From SAR324 cluster bacterium (GTDB taxonomy: Bacteria > SAR324 > NAC60-12), in NCBI GenBank assembly GCA_014382365.1, contig JACNJW010000035.1, positions 1,165 through 65,164 of the forward strand: a stretch of 64,000 nucleotides of DNA, in the 5' to 3' direction. Shown piece after piece: positions 1 to 11,437 of the stretch. Both the position numbers and the translations under genes were made by a program. The first letter of the stretch is position 1, and every line of letters starts with the position of its first letter. The notes beneath the pieces are model-generated. The model saw only the letters and a list, made by a program, of their open reading frames with translations, did no database searches and was not told the origin of the DNA.

Positions 1-125
1 ATCTTACTGGAGGGAAAATGGGACTGCTTTATCAGCATCATGGATCGGAAACAGGTCTTATATTTATAATGTGAAAAGAAAATAAAAGATTCAAAGGCCT
101 GATATTCATATAAACAGATTTTTGT

Positions 126-153
126 GCATGGAGGGGTGTTTTTTCCATGCTTT
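126..153 (+). terminator. Possible intrinsic terminator hairpin
   Basis: GCATGGA (126-132) pairs with TCCATGC (144-150), followed by TTT; lies in the gap downstream of the minus-strand PhyH-like gene. Confidence 0.35.
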
Positions 154-266
154 CCTTATTAATAGATGACCCTAATTTAAACATCTAAGACTGACAGGAA
201 ATTTCCTACAACCCATGTGCCGGCAAACAGGAGTTGAGACAAGACACCGACAGAGGAACCACCTGC

Positions 267-1109
267 TCAAAAACCACGTACCGGCATATCCGGAGAACGC
301 TGAAGCCAGTTCCACTCCGGATAAACCGCTGATCCCTCAATTAAATGCAAGGTGAAGGCATGCCGTGTGCGGGTGGAGCGGTTTGCATAACTCATGTGGG
401 GCAGCAGGCCGTGAAGCAACACCAGTGTCCCGGCTTTCACTTCCAGTGGAACTAGTTTTGCAGTTTCCCAGGGTGTTTCATCAAAGACTTCAATTCGGGT
501 TCCATCCCCACTTTTATTACGATAGAATCGCGATTTTAAACGGTTTTTGTGTCCCCCAGGAATAGCCCAGAGACAACCGTTTTCCTGTGTTGCATCTTCC
601 ATGGCAAACCAAAATCCTTTAACGCTCAGAGGTTCGGTGTATAGAAAAGTGGAATCTTGATGACAACTGACTTCACCACCAATATGCGGTTGTTTGAAAA
701 TGAACATGGACTGCAAAATTTTCGGATCTGCAAATCCTATCTCTTTGGCAATTTCTGCTAATTCCGGAGTTCTGGAAAATTCCTCAAAAACAGGATCCAG
801 ATCGTGCATAGCATGGCCGATTTTATTTATTGATTTGGATTTTGCCTGACGCAACTCTCCTTTTTCAGTAAAGGCATCTTCCTCAAAAAAACAACTGATT
901 TTATCTCCGGACTCCATGAAATAACGGTCTGAGTGCCGGGTTTGTTCATTTGTAGTAAAAATAGAAACCGTTTCCGGAGGCTTGAAGGCTTCTACAATTT
1001 CCATGGCACGATTTCTCAATGCTTCACATGCATACTGCGAAACAAAGTCCTTCAGCACCAAAAAACCATCCTGTTCAAATAATTCAATTTCTTCTTGACT
1101 TAAAAGCAT
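267..1109 (-). CDS. Phytanoyl-CoA dioxygenase family (PhyH/PHYHD1-like) Fe(II)/2-oxoglutarate dioxygenase
   Basis: F.EDGFLV start, MFIFKQP, HQD iron motif, NGCL.AIPG.H, distal His (LPH) and Arg (RHA). Confidence 0.9.
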   Translation of the reverse strand: MLLSQEEIELFEQDGFLVLKDFVSQYACEALRNRAMEIVEAFKPPETVSIFTTNEQTRHSDRYFMESGDKISCFFEEDAFTEKGELRQAKSKSINKIGHAMHDLDPVFEEFSRTPELAEIAKEIGFADPKILQSMFIFKQPHIGGEVSCHQDSTFLYTEPLSVKGFWFAMEDATQENGCLWAIPGGHKNRLKSRFYRNKSGDGTRIEVFDETPWETAKLVPLEVKAGTLVLLHGLLPHMSYANRSTRTRHAFTLHLIEGSAVYPEWNWLQRSPDMPVRGF

Positions 1110-1239
1110 AGTTTCCTTGATTTTGCCTATGATATTGGTGTATTATGATAAGCACGTTCTCGCCAGTCGAGGGATGCGTCAATCTTGATTTGTGAGAAGC
1201 ACAAACTGCTTAATAATTAACTCTCAACCATTGTGGCAT

Positions 1240-1497
1240 ATGTTGTGGGAAGGACTCAAGTTGATGGGTATAGGCATGGCAACTGTCATGCTTTTTCTGT
1301 TGTTGATGATTGCCTGCATTGGGTGGGTGAAACACCTGACCCGCAATTACACCCTGCTCCAGCAGCAAGCACTCAAGTCACTGCGAAAATCCAGTACAAA
1401 CTCCACTCAACCTCTGCCTATTTCTGCTGTACCAGTAGAAGTTTTTGCGGCAGCAATTTCAAAATTTGAATCCGATAATAGCATCACGAAAACTTAA
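1240..1497 (+). CDS. oadG: Na+-translocating decarboxylase gamma subunit (OadG)
   Basis: Single N-terminal TM helix GL.LM.IGM..V..FL.L, Pro/Ser linker, C-terminal V.AAAI motif; directly upstream of alpha and beta subunits; start moved to ATG 1240. Confidence 0.8.
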   Translation: MLWEGLKLMGIGMATVMLFLLLMIACIGWVKHLTRNYTLLQQQALKSLRKSSTNSTQPLPISAVPVEVFAAAISKFESDNSITKT

Positions 1498-1543
1498 AAT
1501 CCACAGCATCAGCTGACAACCGTTACTTAGAAAGAAAAATATC

Positions 1544-3337
1544 ATGGCCAAGAAACGCATTGAATTTATGGACACATCCTTCCGGGATGGGTTTCAATCC
1601 GTCTTTGGTGCACGAGTTGCTACTAAAGATTTTCTGCCTCCACTACAGGCAGCAATGGAGGCTGGAACAACTTATTTTGAGGCCGGAGGCGGTGCACGTT
1701 TTCAGAGTTTGTTTTTTTATTGTAACGAGTCTGCCTTTGACATGATGGACACCTTCCGCAAAACGGTTGGTGCTGAAGCAAATTTGCAAACACTTGCACG
1801 CGGTATCAATGTAGTTGCTCTCAGTCAACAACCGCGGGACATGATTGATTTGCATGCAAAAATGTTCAAAAAACACGGTATTACCACCATCCGGAACTTT
1901 GATGCATTGAATGATTTACGAAATCTCAAATATTCCGGTGAACGTATCACAGCTCATGGTCTGCATCACCAGATTGTGATTGCCATGATGGATTTGCCTC
2001 CAGGTTGTGAAGGTGCACATGACGTTGAATATTACCTGAAAACTCTTCGTAATATTCTGGATTCAGATGTACCTTTTAACTCGATTTGTTTCAAAGACGC
2101 CAGTGGAACAGCCAACCCCCGTAAAGTTTTCGAAACTATCAAAGGTGCCCGGAAAATGGTTCCGGAAGGTACAATTCTACACCTGCATACTCACGACACA
2201 GCAGGTGCTGCTGTCAGTCAGTACATGGGTGCAATTGAAGGCGGAATTGACAGGATTGATTTAGCAATGAGTCCGGTCAGTGGAGGAACAGGACAGCCTG
2301 ATATCCTTACCATGTGGCATGCACTCAAAGGTACGGATTATACACTGGATATTGATCCGGATAAAATCATCAGAGCAGAAGAAGTTTTTGCTGACAGTTT
2401 TGAGGATTACTTTTTTCCTCCCGAATCCAGGATGGTCTCGCCCTTGATTCCTTTTTCGCCAATGCCAGGAGGTGCGTTGACTGCCAATACGATGATGATG
2501 CGTGATACCGGAACATTGCACCTTTTTCCTGAAGTCATCAAAGAAATGTCGGAAGTTGTACGACTTGGAGGCTTCGGTGCCTCGGTCACCCCTGTTTCTC
2601 AGTTCTATTTTCAGCAAGCCTATCTCAACGTCACACAAGGCAAGTGGAAAAAAATCAATCCATCTTATGGTAATATGGTGCTCGGTTATTTCGGCCGGAC
2701 TCCGGTGGAGGCTGATCCTGAAATTGTCAAGCTGGCTTCAGAACAATTAGAAAAACCGGTTTTCAAAGAAGATCCACTTGATATTCTGGAACCTGGAATT
2801 CCGCAAGCGACCGAGGTGCTCAAGAAACATAACCTGCCTGAAACCGAAGAGAACCTGTTCATCGCCTCAAGCTGTGAAGCAAAAGGCATTGATTATCTGC
2901 TTGGTAAAGGAAAACTTTCGATCCGGAAAAAATCGAATGAAGAAAAAAAAGAAGCTCCTCCTCAATCAAAATCTACGCCGGCTTCTTCAATTGGACCAAA
3001 GGATTACACTATTACAGTCGATGGACGAAGCTATCAAGTTCAGGTCAGTGCCGGTGGTGCACATGCACCTGTGGTATCAAGTAACTCTACTGAACCAGTT
3101 CCCGTTGCTCAAACAGCAACCGGAAATGATATCCCCGCTCCGACACCCGGAAATATTGTGAGCGTCGCTGTTGCTGTTGGCGACAGCATTTCCAAGGACC
3201 AGACGTTGTTGGTGATGGAAGCGATGAAAATGGAATCAGAAGTCAAATCTCCACAAGCCGGAACGGTTCTGGCTGTTTTTGTTAAGATTGGGGATACTGT
3301 TCAAACCGGAGATGCTCTGTTCTCGCTGGGTGAATAA
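1544..3337 (+). CDS. oadA: Oxaloacetate decarboxylase alpha / pyruvate carboxylase B-type subunit (carboxyltransferase plus biotin carrier)
   Basis: RDGFQS carboxyltransferase motif, HTHD metal site, MPGG, C-terminal EAMKME biotinylation motif. Confidence 0.88.
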   Translation: MAKKRIEFMDTSFRDGFQSVFGARVATKDFLPPLQAAMEAGTTYFEAGGGARFQSLFFYCNESAFDMMDTFRKTVGAEANLQTLARGINVVALSQQPRDMIDLHAKMFKKHGITTIRNFDALNDLRNLKYSGERITAHGLHHQIVIAMMDLPPGCEGAHDVEYYLKTLRNILDSDVPFNSICFKDASGTANPRKVFETIKGARKMVPEGTILHLHTHDTAGAAVSQYMGAIEGGIDRIDLAMSPVSGGTGQPDILTMWHALKGTDYTLDIDPDKIIRAEEVFADSFEDYFFPPESRMVSPLIPFSPMPGGALTANTMMMRDTGTLHLFPEVIKEMSEVVRLGGFGASVTPVSQFYFQQAYLNVTQGKWKKINPSYGNMVLGYFGRTPVEADPEIVKLASEQLEKPVFKEDPLDILEPGIPQATEVLKKHNLPETEENLFIASSCEAKGIDYLLGKGKLSIRKKSNEEKKEAPPQSKSTPASSIGPKDYTITVDGRSYQVQVSAGGAHAPVVSSNSTEPVPVAQTATGNDIPAPTPGNIVSVAVAVGDSISKDQTLLVMEAMKMESEVKSPQAGTVLAVFVKIGDTVQTGDALFSLGE

Positions 3338-3341
3338 ATAA

Positions 3342-4856
3342 ATGTCCAAGCTTGCTCAAATCATAAGTATCATTTTATTTTTTGGCTTTTCATCAATTGG
3401 ATTTTCCCAATCCACTGATGAACAGATAAAAATCGTGATGCCTACAGATGCACGAGTGATTCGAGTTGATGCAAAAATAGATCAATGGGTTTATGCTGGG
3501 GATATTCTGGCAGTGCTCAAAGACTCGAAAGGTGCAAAATTCAAGTTCCGTGCTGGTATTTCGGGACAGCTGGTTTTTTGGAGACTGCAGAACCTCAGGC
3601 ATTATGGTGCCGGTGAGACAGTTGGCATCCTGCAGGTTGCACCGGTAATTACTGAAAAAATCACGAATGGTGATGCGGTAGTTGCCTTACCTGCTTTTGA
3701 TAAAATGCTGCTTAACCTTTTCAATTCCACCGGACTCGCAGGACTGATTCGCGGACAGGGTTTGGATTGGACCGAAGGACTGGGGCGCTTAATTATGATA
3801 GGCGTAGGATTAGGCTTGCTCTACCTGGGAATCCGTAGACAATTCGAACCGCTGCTGCTGGTTCCGATTGGTTTTGGTGCAGTACTCTCAAATATTCCAC
3901 TGGCTGGACTTTCGGAACCTGGAGGACTTTTATATTATGTTTATGAAGTTGGAATCACCACAGGAATATTCCCCTTGATAATTTTCATGGGTGTTGGTGC
4001 AATGACCGACTTCGGACCAATGCTGGCCAATCCCAAAACTGCACTGCTGGGTGGTGCAGCACAATTTGGCATTTTCGGTACCTTACTGGGTGCATTAGCC
4101 TTGAACGGAATTCCCGGCATTGATTTTTCACTCAGAGATGCCGCATCTATCGGCATCATTGGGGGTGCAGACGGGCCAACTGCAATTTTTCTTGCCAGCC
4201 AGCTTTCTCCCCGTTTGCTGGGCTCCATTGCGATTGCGGCCTATTCATATATGGCAATGGTTCCAATTATTCAGCCCCCAATCATGCGCTTACTGACTTC
4301 AAAACAGGAGCGTGAAATTGAGATGACTCAGTTGCGGTACGTTTCAACGCGGGAAAAAATTATTTTTCCCCTAGTCGCGCTCAGTCTGTGTGCATTACTG
4401 TTGCCTTCTGCAGCACCGCTGATAGGTATGTTTATGTTTGGAAATTTAGCCAAGGAATGCGGAGTGATACATCGTCTTTCGGATACCATTCAGAAGTCAC
4501 TGATAAATACTGTAACAATATTTCTTGGGCTGAGTATCGGTAGCAAACTGGCTGCAGGTGAATTTCTCAACCTGGAAACTGTTGGAATTCTTGTTTTGGG
4601 AATCATCGCTTTTTCAGTGGGTACGGCAACCGGAGTGCTGATGGCAAAACTCATGAACAAGCTTTCTGCCTCTCCGATCAATCCTCTGATTGGAGCTGCG
4701 GGCGTTTCTGCGGTTCCAATGGCAGCACGGGTTGTAAATCAAGTTGGACTTGAGGCCAACTCGCAAAACCACCTGCTGATGCATGCCATGGGTCCCAATG
4801 TATCAGGTGTAATCGGCTCTGCAGTCGCGGCAGGTGTATTGTTGGCCATGCTGTAA
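3342..4856 (+). CDS. oadB: Na+-translocating decarboxylase beta subunit with N-terminal extension
   Basis: [46 protein letters not shown] motifs; about 120 extra N-terminal residues. Confidence 0.93.
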   Translation: MSKLAQIISIILFFGFSSIGFSQSTDEQIKIVMPTDARVIRVDAKIDQWVYAGDILAVLKDSKGAKFKFRAGISGQLVFWRLQNLRHYGAGETVGILQVAPVITEKITNGDAVVALPAFDKMLLNLFNSTGLAGLIRGQGLDWTEGLGRLIMIGVGLGLLYLGIRRQFEPLLLVPIGFGAVLSNIPLAGLSEPGGLLYYVYEVGITTGIFPLIIFMGVGAMTDFGPMLANPKTALLGGAAQFGIFGTLLGALALNGIPGIDFSLRDAASIGIIGGADGPTAIFLASQLSPRLLGSIAIAAYSYMAMVPIIQPPIMRLLTSKQEREIEMTQLRYVSTREKIIFPLVALSLCALLLPSAAPLIGMFMFGNLAKECGVIHRLSDTIQKSLINTVTIFLGLSIGSKLAAGEFLNLETVGILVLGIIAFSVGTATGVLMAKLMNKLSASPINPLIGAAGVSAVPMAARVVNQVGLEANSQNHLLMHAMGPNVSGVIGSAVAAGVLLAML

Positions 4857-4897
4857 GTTCTACTGCCAAACCATTTTATGGCCCAGCATTTTATTGC

Positions 4898-6118
4898 TTA
4901 AATACCCTGACGTTCTACGAATTCAGGATAAGCATGCAGACCGAATTCACTCACATCCATTCCGTTATATTCGTCTTCTTCCGAAACTCTGATGCCTACA
5001 GAATATTTAAGTACTGACCAGACAAGCAGGCTGCTGAAAAAAGTAAACACCCCAATTACAACAATACCTTTGATTTGCGAATAAAGCACAACTTCTGGAT
5101 TGAATACTCCTACCGCCAATGTCCCCCAAATTCCATTCACCAGGTGTACAGATAAAGCACCAACAGGATCATCAATCTTGAGCCTATCAAACACTGGTAC
5201 TGCAAACACAACCAGTAAGCCTCCGATTCCTCCAATCAAAACTGCCAGTGACATACTTGGATAATCCGGTCCAGCCGTAATGGCTACCAGACCAGAAAGT
5301 GCTCCATTGAGAATCATTGTCAAATCTACTTTCTTATAGAGAAGCTGAGTCAAAACCATTGCTGCTAAAGCTCCGGCACAGGCCGCAATATTTGTGTTGG
5401 CAATTACTGCAGAAATAGCATCAATATCTGACTTTGAGCCTAAGGCCAACTGAGAGCCGCCGTTGAAACCAAACCAGCCAAACCATAAAATAAATGTTCC
5501 TAAAGTTGCCAGCGGTAAGTTAGATCCGGGAATTGGATGCATGTTTCCTTTCGAGTCATACTTACCTTTTCTGGCACCCAGCAACAAGACTCCTGCCAGT
5601 GCGGCCCAGCCGCCTACAGAATGTACAATAGTTGAACCTGCAAAATCACTGAATCCGTCAATTATTCCACCCAAACTTGTACCACCCCATGTCCAGTGTC
5701 CCTGGATCGGATAAATAACTGCAGTCAAGAACAATGTGAATCCCATGAAGGGCCAGAACTTTATCCGCTCTGCAACTGTTCCGGACACGATCGAAGCTGC
5801 AGTTGCTACAAAAACAACCTGAAAAAAGAAGTCTGACTGCAAACTGTGTCCATCTGCAGAGGTTCCGTTAAGCAAAAATCCGTCGCCAAAAAAGTCGTTT
5901 CCACTTCCATACATCAAATTGTAGCCGACAAAATAATAAGCCACGCAGGCCAGCGCATAAAGGCAAATATTTTTTGTGAGAATTGCTGTTGTATTTTTGG
6001 TACGCACTAACCCTGTTTCCAGCATCGCAAAACCTGCGGCCATCCACATAACTAAGCAACCACTAATTAATAACCAAAAACTATCAAGCACATATTTCAT
6101 TTCGACTGAAAATTCCAT
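4898..6118 (-). CDS. amtB: Ammonium transporter
   Basis: GFAMLETG, DFAGSTIVHSVGG, WFGWFGFNGGS, IDDPVGALSVH. Confidence 0.96.
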   Translation of the reverse strand: MEFSVEMKYVLDSFWLLISGCLVMWMAAGFAMLETGLVRTKNTTAILTKNICLYALACVAYYFVGYNLMYGSGNDFFGDGFLLNGTSADGHSLQSDFFFQVVFVATAASIVSGTVAERIKFWPFMGFTLFLTAVIYPIQGHWTWGGTSLGGIIDGFSDFAGSTIVHSVGGWAALAGVLLLGARKGKYDSKGNMHPIPGSNLPLATLGTFILWFGWFGFNGGSQLALGSKSDIDAISAVIANTNIAACAGALAAMVLTQLLYKKVDLTMILNGALSGLVAITAGPDYPSMSLAVLIGGIGGLLVVFAVPVFDRLKIDDPVGALSVHLVNGIWGTLAVGVFNPEVVLYSQIKGIVVIGVFTFFSSLLVWSVLKYSVGIRVSEEDEYNGMDVSEFGLHAYPEFVERQGI

Positions 6119-6160
6119 TTCATCTCCTGTTTATAGGTTTACAAAAACTGTTGTGATTTT

Positions 6161-6511
<351 letters not shown>

Positions 6512-6661
6512 TTAATAATTAATTCATTTATTTTGTAACTTGCCAAACCTTTTCACAGAGGGTACCAGGTTTTATCTCTCAGCACATTTATCTTATACCT
6601 ATATGATATATATGATTTATTCTAAATATAAGCGCATATTACTTTTTTAGTTTCATAAATA

Positions 6662-6715
6662 AATATGATTAAATATATGCCATTGTTAATTAATATGCTT
6701 AAATTTTAATCATTG
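6662..6715. promoter_or_regulatory. Tandem 17-bp imperfect palindromes with a 30-bp period; candidate transcription-factor sites
   Basis: TGATTAAATATATGCCA (6666-6682) and TGCTTAAATTTTAATCA (6696-6712), each flanked by AATA and TTG, in the glnK/bhcA divergent region. Confidence 0.4.
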
Positions 6716-7048
6716 ATGATGTGCAAACAAATTATGTGATAGTCATTATTAGCAAATATATTAATCAATTTTGCTTTATGCAACAATATATTGGTAAGGC
6801 CACTTTGCCACTTGACAAATATTGATTAAGATGTAAAACTAATTCCTGTTTAAGCTGACAATTATCAGCAATCTTAATTTATCCCTCTAAGCTGTTTAAC
6901 TACTAAACACTAAAGAGTAATCACGAGGCTGATGAAACTGAACACACTAATCAACAAGTAGCCACCAGTTGTTGGGTTATAACAAGCAGTTAATAAAAAT
7001 TGAGCCAGCAACCAAACATTCTCATTACATTACAGTTGGAGAAACACC

Positions 7049-8218
7049 TTGTCTGAGCAAAACCCTGTTTTTATTCCAGGACCGACCAATATTCCTGAGG
7101 AAATACGCAAGGCCTGTGACATAGGCACAATGGATCACCGTTCCGCAAAGTTTTCGGAAATTATCAATCCTGCACTTGCCGGATTGAAAAAAATTTTAAA
7201 AACGGAAACCGCCGAAGTTGTTGTTTTTCCATCATCCGGAACCGGAGCTTGGGAAGCCGCCATCAGCAACACCCTTTCCGCAGGAGATAAAGTTCTGGCC
7301 GCAGAACAAGGAATGTTTTCGCAAAAGTGGATTGAGATGTGTCGGCGGCACAATCTCGAAATGCAGGTGTTTGAAGTGGAATGGGGAGAATCATGTCCGG
7401 TTTCGGCTTATGCGGAAGCACTTAAAGCGGATACCGGACACCAAATAAAAGCCGTTCTCGTAACACACAACGAAACCGCCACCGGAGTTTTGAGCGATGT
7501 TTCTGCTGTGCGTAAAGCACTCGATGCGGCAAATCATCCGGCCTTGCTTTTGGTGGACGGTGTGAGTTCGATTGCTTCTATAGATTTCAAGCTGGACGAA
7601 TGGGGAGTTGACATTGCGGTTGCCGGATCGCAAAAAGGTTTTATGTTACCTGCCGGATTGTCGATTGTCGGCATCAGTCAAAAAGCAATTTCTGCTATGG
7701 AAACAGCAACTTTGCCTCGTTTTTATTTTGATTTGCGTGAAATGATGAAGCACCTTTCTTCCGGAGGTTATCCTTACACACCGATTGTTGGGATGCTCAA
7801 CGGCTTGAAAAAATCAACCGAAATGTTGTTGGCGGAAGGTCTGGAAAATGTTTTTGCGCGCCATCACCGTTTGGCGGAAGGTGTGCGCAAAGCCGTGAAA
7901 GCTTGGGGCTTGGAAATGTGTGCGCTGCGCGAAGAAATTTTTTCTGATACGGTAACGGCAATTTTGGTTCCGGATGGTTTTGACGGCACGGAATTAGTCA
8001 ATCACGCCGCCAATAAATACGGAGTTTCCTTCGGCGGAGGTTTGGGGAGGGTTGCCGGAAAAGTTTTTCGTATAGGTCATTTGGGCAGTCTTACTGATGT
8101 GATGGCTTTGTCCGGAATTGCTGCAGCGGAAATGGCAATGGTCGATTTAGGTTTTCCGATTAAGCTCGGTTCAGGAGTTTCTGCGGCGCAAGAATATTAC
8201 CGTAATTCTGCAAAATAA
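7049..8218 (+). CDS. bhcA: Aspartate-glyoxylate aminotransferase (class V PLP)
   Basis: FIPGPTNIP, HNETATG, DGVSS, GSQKG PLP lysine; first gene of the bhcABCD order; TTG start with GGAG SD. Confidence 0.88.
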   Translation: MSEQNPVFIPGPTNIPEEIRKACDIGTMDHRSAKFSEIINPALAGLKKILKTETAEVVVFPSSGTGAWEAAISNTLSAGDKVLAAEQGMFSQKWIEMCRRHNLEMQVFEVEWGESCPVSAYAEALKADTGHQIKAVLVTHNETATGVLSDVSAVRKALDAANHPALLLVDGVSSIASIDFKLDEWGVDIAVAGSQKGFMLPAGLSIVGISQKAISAMETATLPRFYFDLREMMKHLSSGGYPYTPIVGMLNGLKKSTEMLLAEGLENVFARHHRLAEGVRKAVKAWGLEMCALREEIFSDTVTAILVPDGFDGTELVNHAANKYGVSFGGGLGRVAGKVFRIGHLGSLTDVMALSGIAAAEMAMVDLGFPIKLGSGVSAAQEYYRNSAK

Positions 8219-8231
8219 AAGGAGATTTAAA

Positions 8232-9188
8232 ATGTACATTCCAACATTCGATGATGTGAAAACAGCACAAAAACGCATTGCGCCTTATATTCATAAAACT
8301 CCGGTTTTGACCAGTACTTTTATGAATGAATTAAGTGGGGCAGAATTGTTTTTCAAATGCGAAAATTTCCAAAAAGCCGGAGTTTTCAAAGTTCGGGGTG
8401 CAACGAATGCAGTTTTTGGTTTGAGTGAGGAATTGGCAGTCAAAGGTGTGGCCACTCATTCTTCCGGGAATCATGCTTTGTCGTTGGCTTATGCCGCAGG
8501 TCGCAGGGGAATTCCGGTTACGGTCGTCATGCCCCACACCGCTCCGGAAGCAAAAAAATCGGCGGTGCGCGGGTACGGCGGGAGCATTGTTGAGTGCGAA
8601 CCCAGCACTTCATCGCGTGAAGAAACTTTTGCCAAAGTTGTCGCTGAGTCCGGTGCGGATTTTGTGCATCCGTACAATGACCCGCGTGTAATTTCTGGGC
8701 AAGCAACTTGTTCGCTGGAATTGTTGGAACAAGCCGAAAATTTGGATGCAGTGATTGCGCCGATTGGTGGTGGCGGAATGGTTTCCGGAACTTGTTTGGC
8801 ATTGTCAAATGTTGCTCCGGAAACCAAAATTTATGCGGCAGAACCGAAAAATGCCGATGATGCTTACCGCTCCTTCAAAGCCGGAAAAATCATTGCCGAT
8901 GATGCTCCGGTAACAGTAGCCGACGGCCTGAAAGTGCCGCTCAAAGATTTGACATGGCATTTTGTTTCAAACCATGTTGAAGATATTCTGCTGGCCACTG
9001 AGCAGGAAATCATTGATGCCATGAAGTTGATTTGGCAAAGGATGAAAATCGTCATGGAACCGTCAAGTGCGGTGCCGCTTGCGACCATCCTGAAAAACAA
9101 AAACACCTTCGCCGGAAAGCGGGTTGGTGTGATTATTACCGGAGGCAATGTTGATTTGGACAAATTGCCCTGGAACAACTCAAATTAG
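8232..9188 (+). CDS. bhcB: beta-hydroxyaspartate dehydratase (Ser/Thr dehydratase family)
   Basis: KCENFQK.G.FKVRGA, THSSGNH, IGGGG, EPSSAV; MYIPT N-terminus; cluster context. Confidence 0.9.
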   Translation: MYIPTFDDVKTAQKRIAPYIHKTPVLTSTFMNELSGAELFFKCENFQKAGVFKVRGATNAVFGLSEELAVKGVATHSSGNHALSLAYAAGRRGIPVTVVMPHTAPEAKKSAVRGYGGSIVECEPSTSSREETFAKVVAESGADFVHPYNDPRVISGQATCSLELLEQAENLDAVIAPIGGGGMVSGTCLALSNVAPETKIYAAEPKNADDAYRSFKAGKIIADDAPVTVADGLKVPLKDLTWHFVSNHVEDILLATEQEIIDAMKLIWQRMKIVMEPSSAVPLATILKNKNTFAGKRVGVIITGGNVDLDKLPWNNSN

Positions 9189-9197
9189 GAGAGCTAA

Positions 9198-10370
9198 ATG
9201 AATACAATATCTAGCACCGGACTTTCCGGTTACGAAAATTTAGAAGTCGGTTATGATGTTCCGGCAATGCCCGGAATGAATGAGGCGGATATTCAAACAC
9301 CATGTCTGATGATTGACCTCGACGCGCTGGAGCGCAACATTAAAACCATGGCCGGATTTGCCAAAGAGATGGGAGTACGCCATCGCATACACGGCAAAAT
9401 GCACAAGTCGGTTGACATCGCGAAACTGCAAAGAGACATGGGCGATTCTTGCGGAGTTTGCTGTCAAAAAGTCTCAGAAGCGGAAGTTTTTGCGCGAGGC
9501 GGAATCACTGATGTTTTGGTTTCAAACCAAGTACGCGATGCTGTGAAAATCGACCGTTTAGCACGTATTCCAAAACTGGGCGCACGAACCATTGTTTGCG
9601 TTGATGATCTTGAAAATGTCACTGATCTTTCTGCTGCCGCCGTCAAACACGGGACAACACTCGAATGTTTGGTCGAAATTGATTGCGGTGCAGGGCGTTG
9701 TGGAGTTGCGGCAGGTCAGCCGGTTGTCGAGATTGCCAAAGCGATTGAAGCCGCACCGAACTTAAAGTTCTCCGGAATTCAGGCCTATCAGGGTGCAATG
9801 CAACACATGAAAAGCTACAACGACCGCAAAGCCAAAATCGAGATCGCTGTTGAAATGGTTTCGCGTTCGGTGGAAATGCTGCAAGCCGAAGGACTGGAAT
9901 GCGACATTGTCGGCGGTGCCGGAACCGGAAGTTATTATTTTGAAGGTACATCGGGAGTCTATAACGAATTGCAATGCGGTTCCTACGCCTTCATGGATGC
10001 CGATTATCAAACCATTGAAGATGAAAACGGAAAACCGATTTCCGAGTTTGAAAACTCAATGTTCATTTTAACTTCGGTGATGAGCCACTCCAAAGCCGAC
10101 AAAGCCATTTGCGATGCGGGCTTGAAAGCACAATCTGTGGACAGCGGTTTGCCTTATGTTTTTGGGCGCAAAGATGTGGAGTATATCAAATGTTCGGACG
10201 AACACGGAGTGATTTCCGATCCAAACGGTGCGCTGAAAATCAACGAAAAGTTAAAATTAGTTCCGGGCCATTGCGACCCGACTGCTAATGTTCACGATTG
10301 GTATGTCGGTGTACGCGGCGGAAAAGTTGAAGCTCTGTGGCCGGTTTCGGCTCGCGGCAAGGCGTATTAA
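9198..10370 (+). CDS. bhcC: beta-hydroxyaspartate aldolase (D-threonine aldolase/DSD1 family)
   Basis: EVGYDVPA.PGM...IQTPCL, HGKMHKS PLP lysine, SDEHG, PGHCDPT. Confidence 0.92.
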   Translation: MNTISSTGLSGYENLEVGYDVPAMPGMNEADIQTPCLMIDLDALERNIKTMAGFAKEMGVRHRIHGKMHKSVDIAKLQRDMGDSCGVCCQKVSEAEVFARGGITDVLVSNQVRDAVKIDRLARIPKLGARTIVCVDDLENVTDLSAAAVKHGTTLECLVEIDCGAGRCGVAAGQPVVEIAKAIEAAPNLKFSGIQAYQGAMQHMKSYNDRKAKIEIAVEMVSRSVEMLQAEGLECDIVGGAGTGSYYFEGTSGVYNELQCGSYAFMDADYQTIEDENGKPISEFENSMFILTSVMSHSKADKAICDAGLKAQSVDSGLPYVFGRKDVEYIKCSDEHGVISDPNGALKINEKLKLVPGHCDPTANVHDWYVGVRGGKVEALWPVSARGKAY

Positions 10371-10389
10371 ATATTAACAAAAAATAATC

Positions 10390-11355
10390 ATGATTATCGT
10401 TCCAGAAAAAGCCATTCCAAATTTAATCGACCGTACAACTTCCTTCAAAGCAGTCGAAGCTGTTTTTGCCGCAATGTCAAACGGCGATGCCTATAATTTT
10501 CCGGTCATCCGTGAAGACATTGGTTACGTCGATGCGCTTTACGGTTTCAAATCTGGCTTTGATAAAGCTGGTTTAACACTTGGTTTGAAGTCCGGAGGGT
10601 ACTGGCCAGGTAATGCAGAAAAAGGTCTCACCAATCACCAATCCAGCATATTCCTTTTTGATGCTGATACTGGCCAAGTGAAAGCGTTGGTTGGCGGGAA
10701 TTATCTGACGGCCATACGTACGGCGGCTTCTTCAGCTATTTCCATCAAACACCTGGCTCGTGAAGACTCCAAAGTTTTGGGCATGATCGGTGCGGGGCAT
10801 CAATCGGCATTTCAGTTACGGGCGGCAGTCGAGCAACGCAATTTTGAACGCATTGTCGGCTGGAACCTCCATCCGGAAAGGCTGTCTCGTTTGGAAGAAG
10901 TTTCTGCAGAAATCGGTTTGCCGTTTGAGGCTGTAAGCTTGGAGGAATTAGGAAAAGCGTCTGATGTTATTATTTCCATTACATCCAGTTTTGCACCAAT
11001 CTTAAAAGCAACTCAAGTCAAAGCCGGCACCCACCTCGCTTGTATGGGAACCGACACCAAAGGCAAACAGGAAGTCGAAGCTGAACTGGTCACTAATGCT
11101 ACTGTTTTCACCGATGAAATTGCACAAGCAATCTCCATAGGAGAATGCCAGCACGCTTTTACCAACGGCAGTTTGAAGGCAGAGGATATTTCGGAAATCG
11201 GCCCCGTCATTTCCGGAAAACATTCCGGCAGAACAACAACAAACGAAATCACTCTTTTTGACGGAACCGGAGTCGGCCTTCAAGATTTGGCTGTAGCAAC
11301 TGTTGCTGTCGAGTTGGCCTTAGAATCAGGAGTTGCTATTGAAGTCGAAAACTAA
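10390..11355 (+). CDS. bhcD: Iminosuccinate reductase (ornithine cyclodeaminase/mu-crystallin family)
   Basis: AYNFPVIRE.IG..DALYGFKSGFD, LTAIRTAA, GAGHQ, FDGTGVGLQD. Confidence 0.9.
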   Translation: MIIVPEKAIPNLIDRTTSFKAVEAVFAAMSNGDAYNFPVIREDIGYVDALYGFKSGFDKAGLTLGLKSGGYWPGNAEKGLTNHQSSIFLFDADTGQVKALVGGNYLTAIRTAASSAISIKHLAREDSKVLGMIGAGHQSAFQLRAAVEQRNFERIVGWNLHPERLSRLEEVSAEIGLPFEAVSLEELGKASDVIISITSSFAPILKATQVKAGTHLACMGTDTKGKQEVEAELVTNATVFTDEIAQAISIGECQHAFTNGSLKAEDISEIGPVISGKHSGRTTTNEITLFDGTGVGLQDLAVATVAVELALESGVAIEVEN

Positions 11356-11437
11356 TAATCTGTATTATTTTATTGATCCTTTTATTCATTTCATTTAATC
11401 TTAAGCAATTGAAAATGTACAATTAATTAGGAGGCTT

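Noticed and set aside
2..85. Possible 3' end of an upstream CDS (SYWRENGTALSASWIGNRSYIYNVKRK*)
   Set aside because: Too short to support or assign at the window edge
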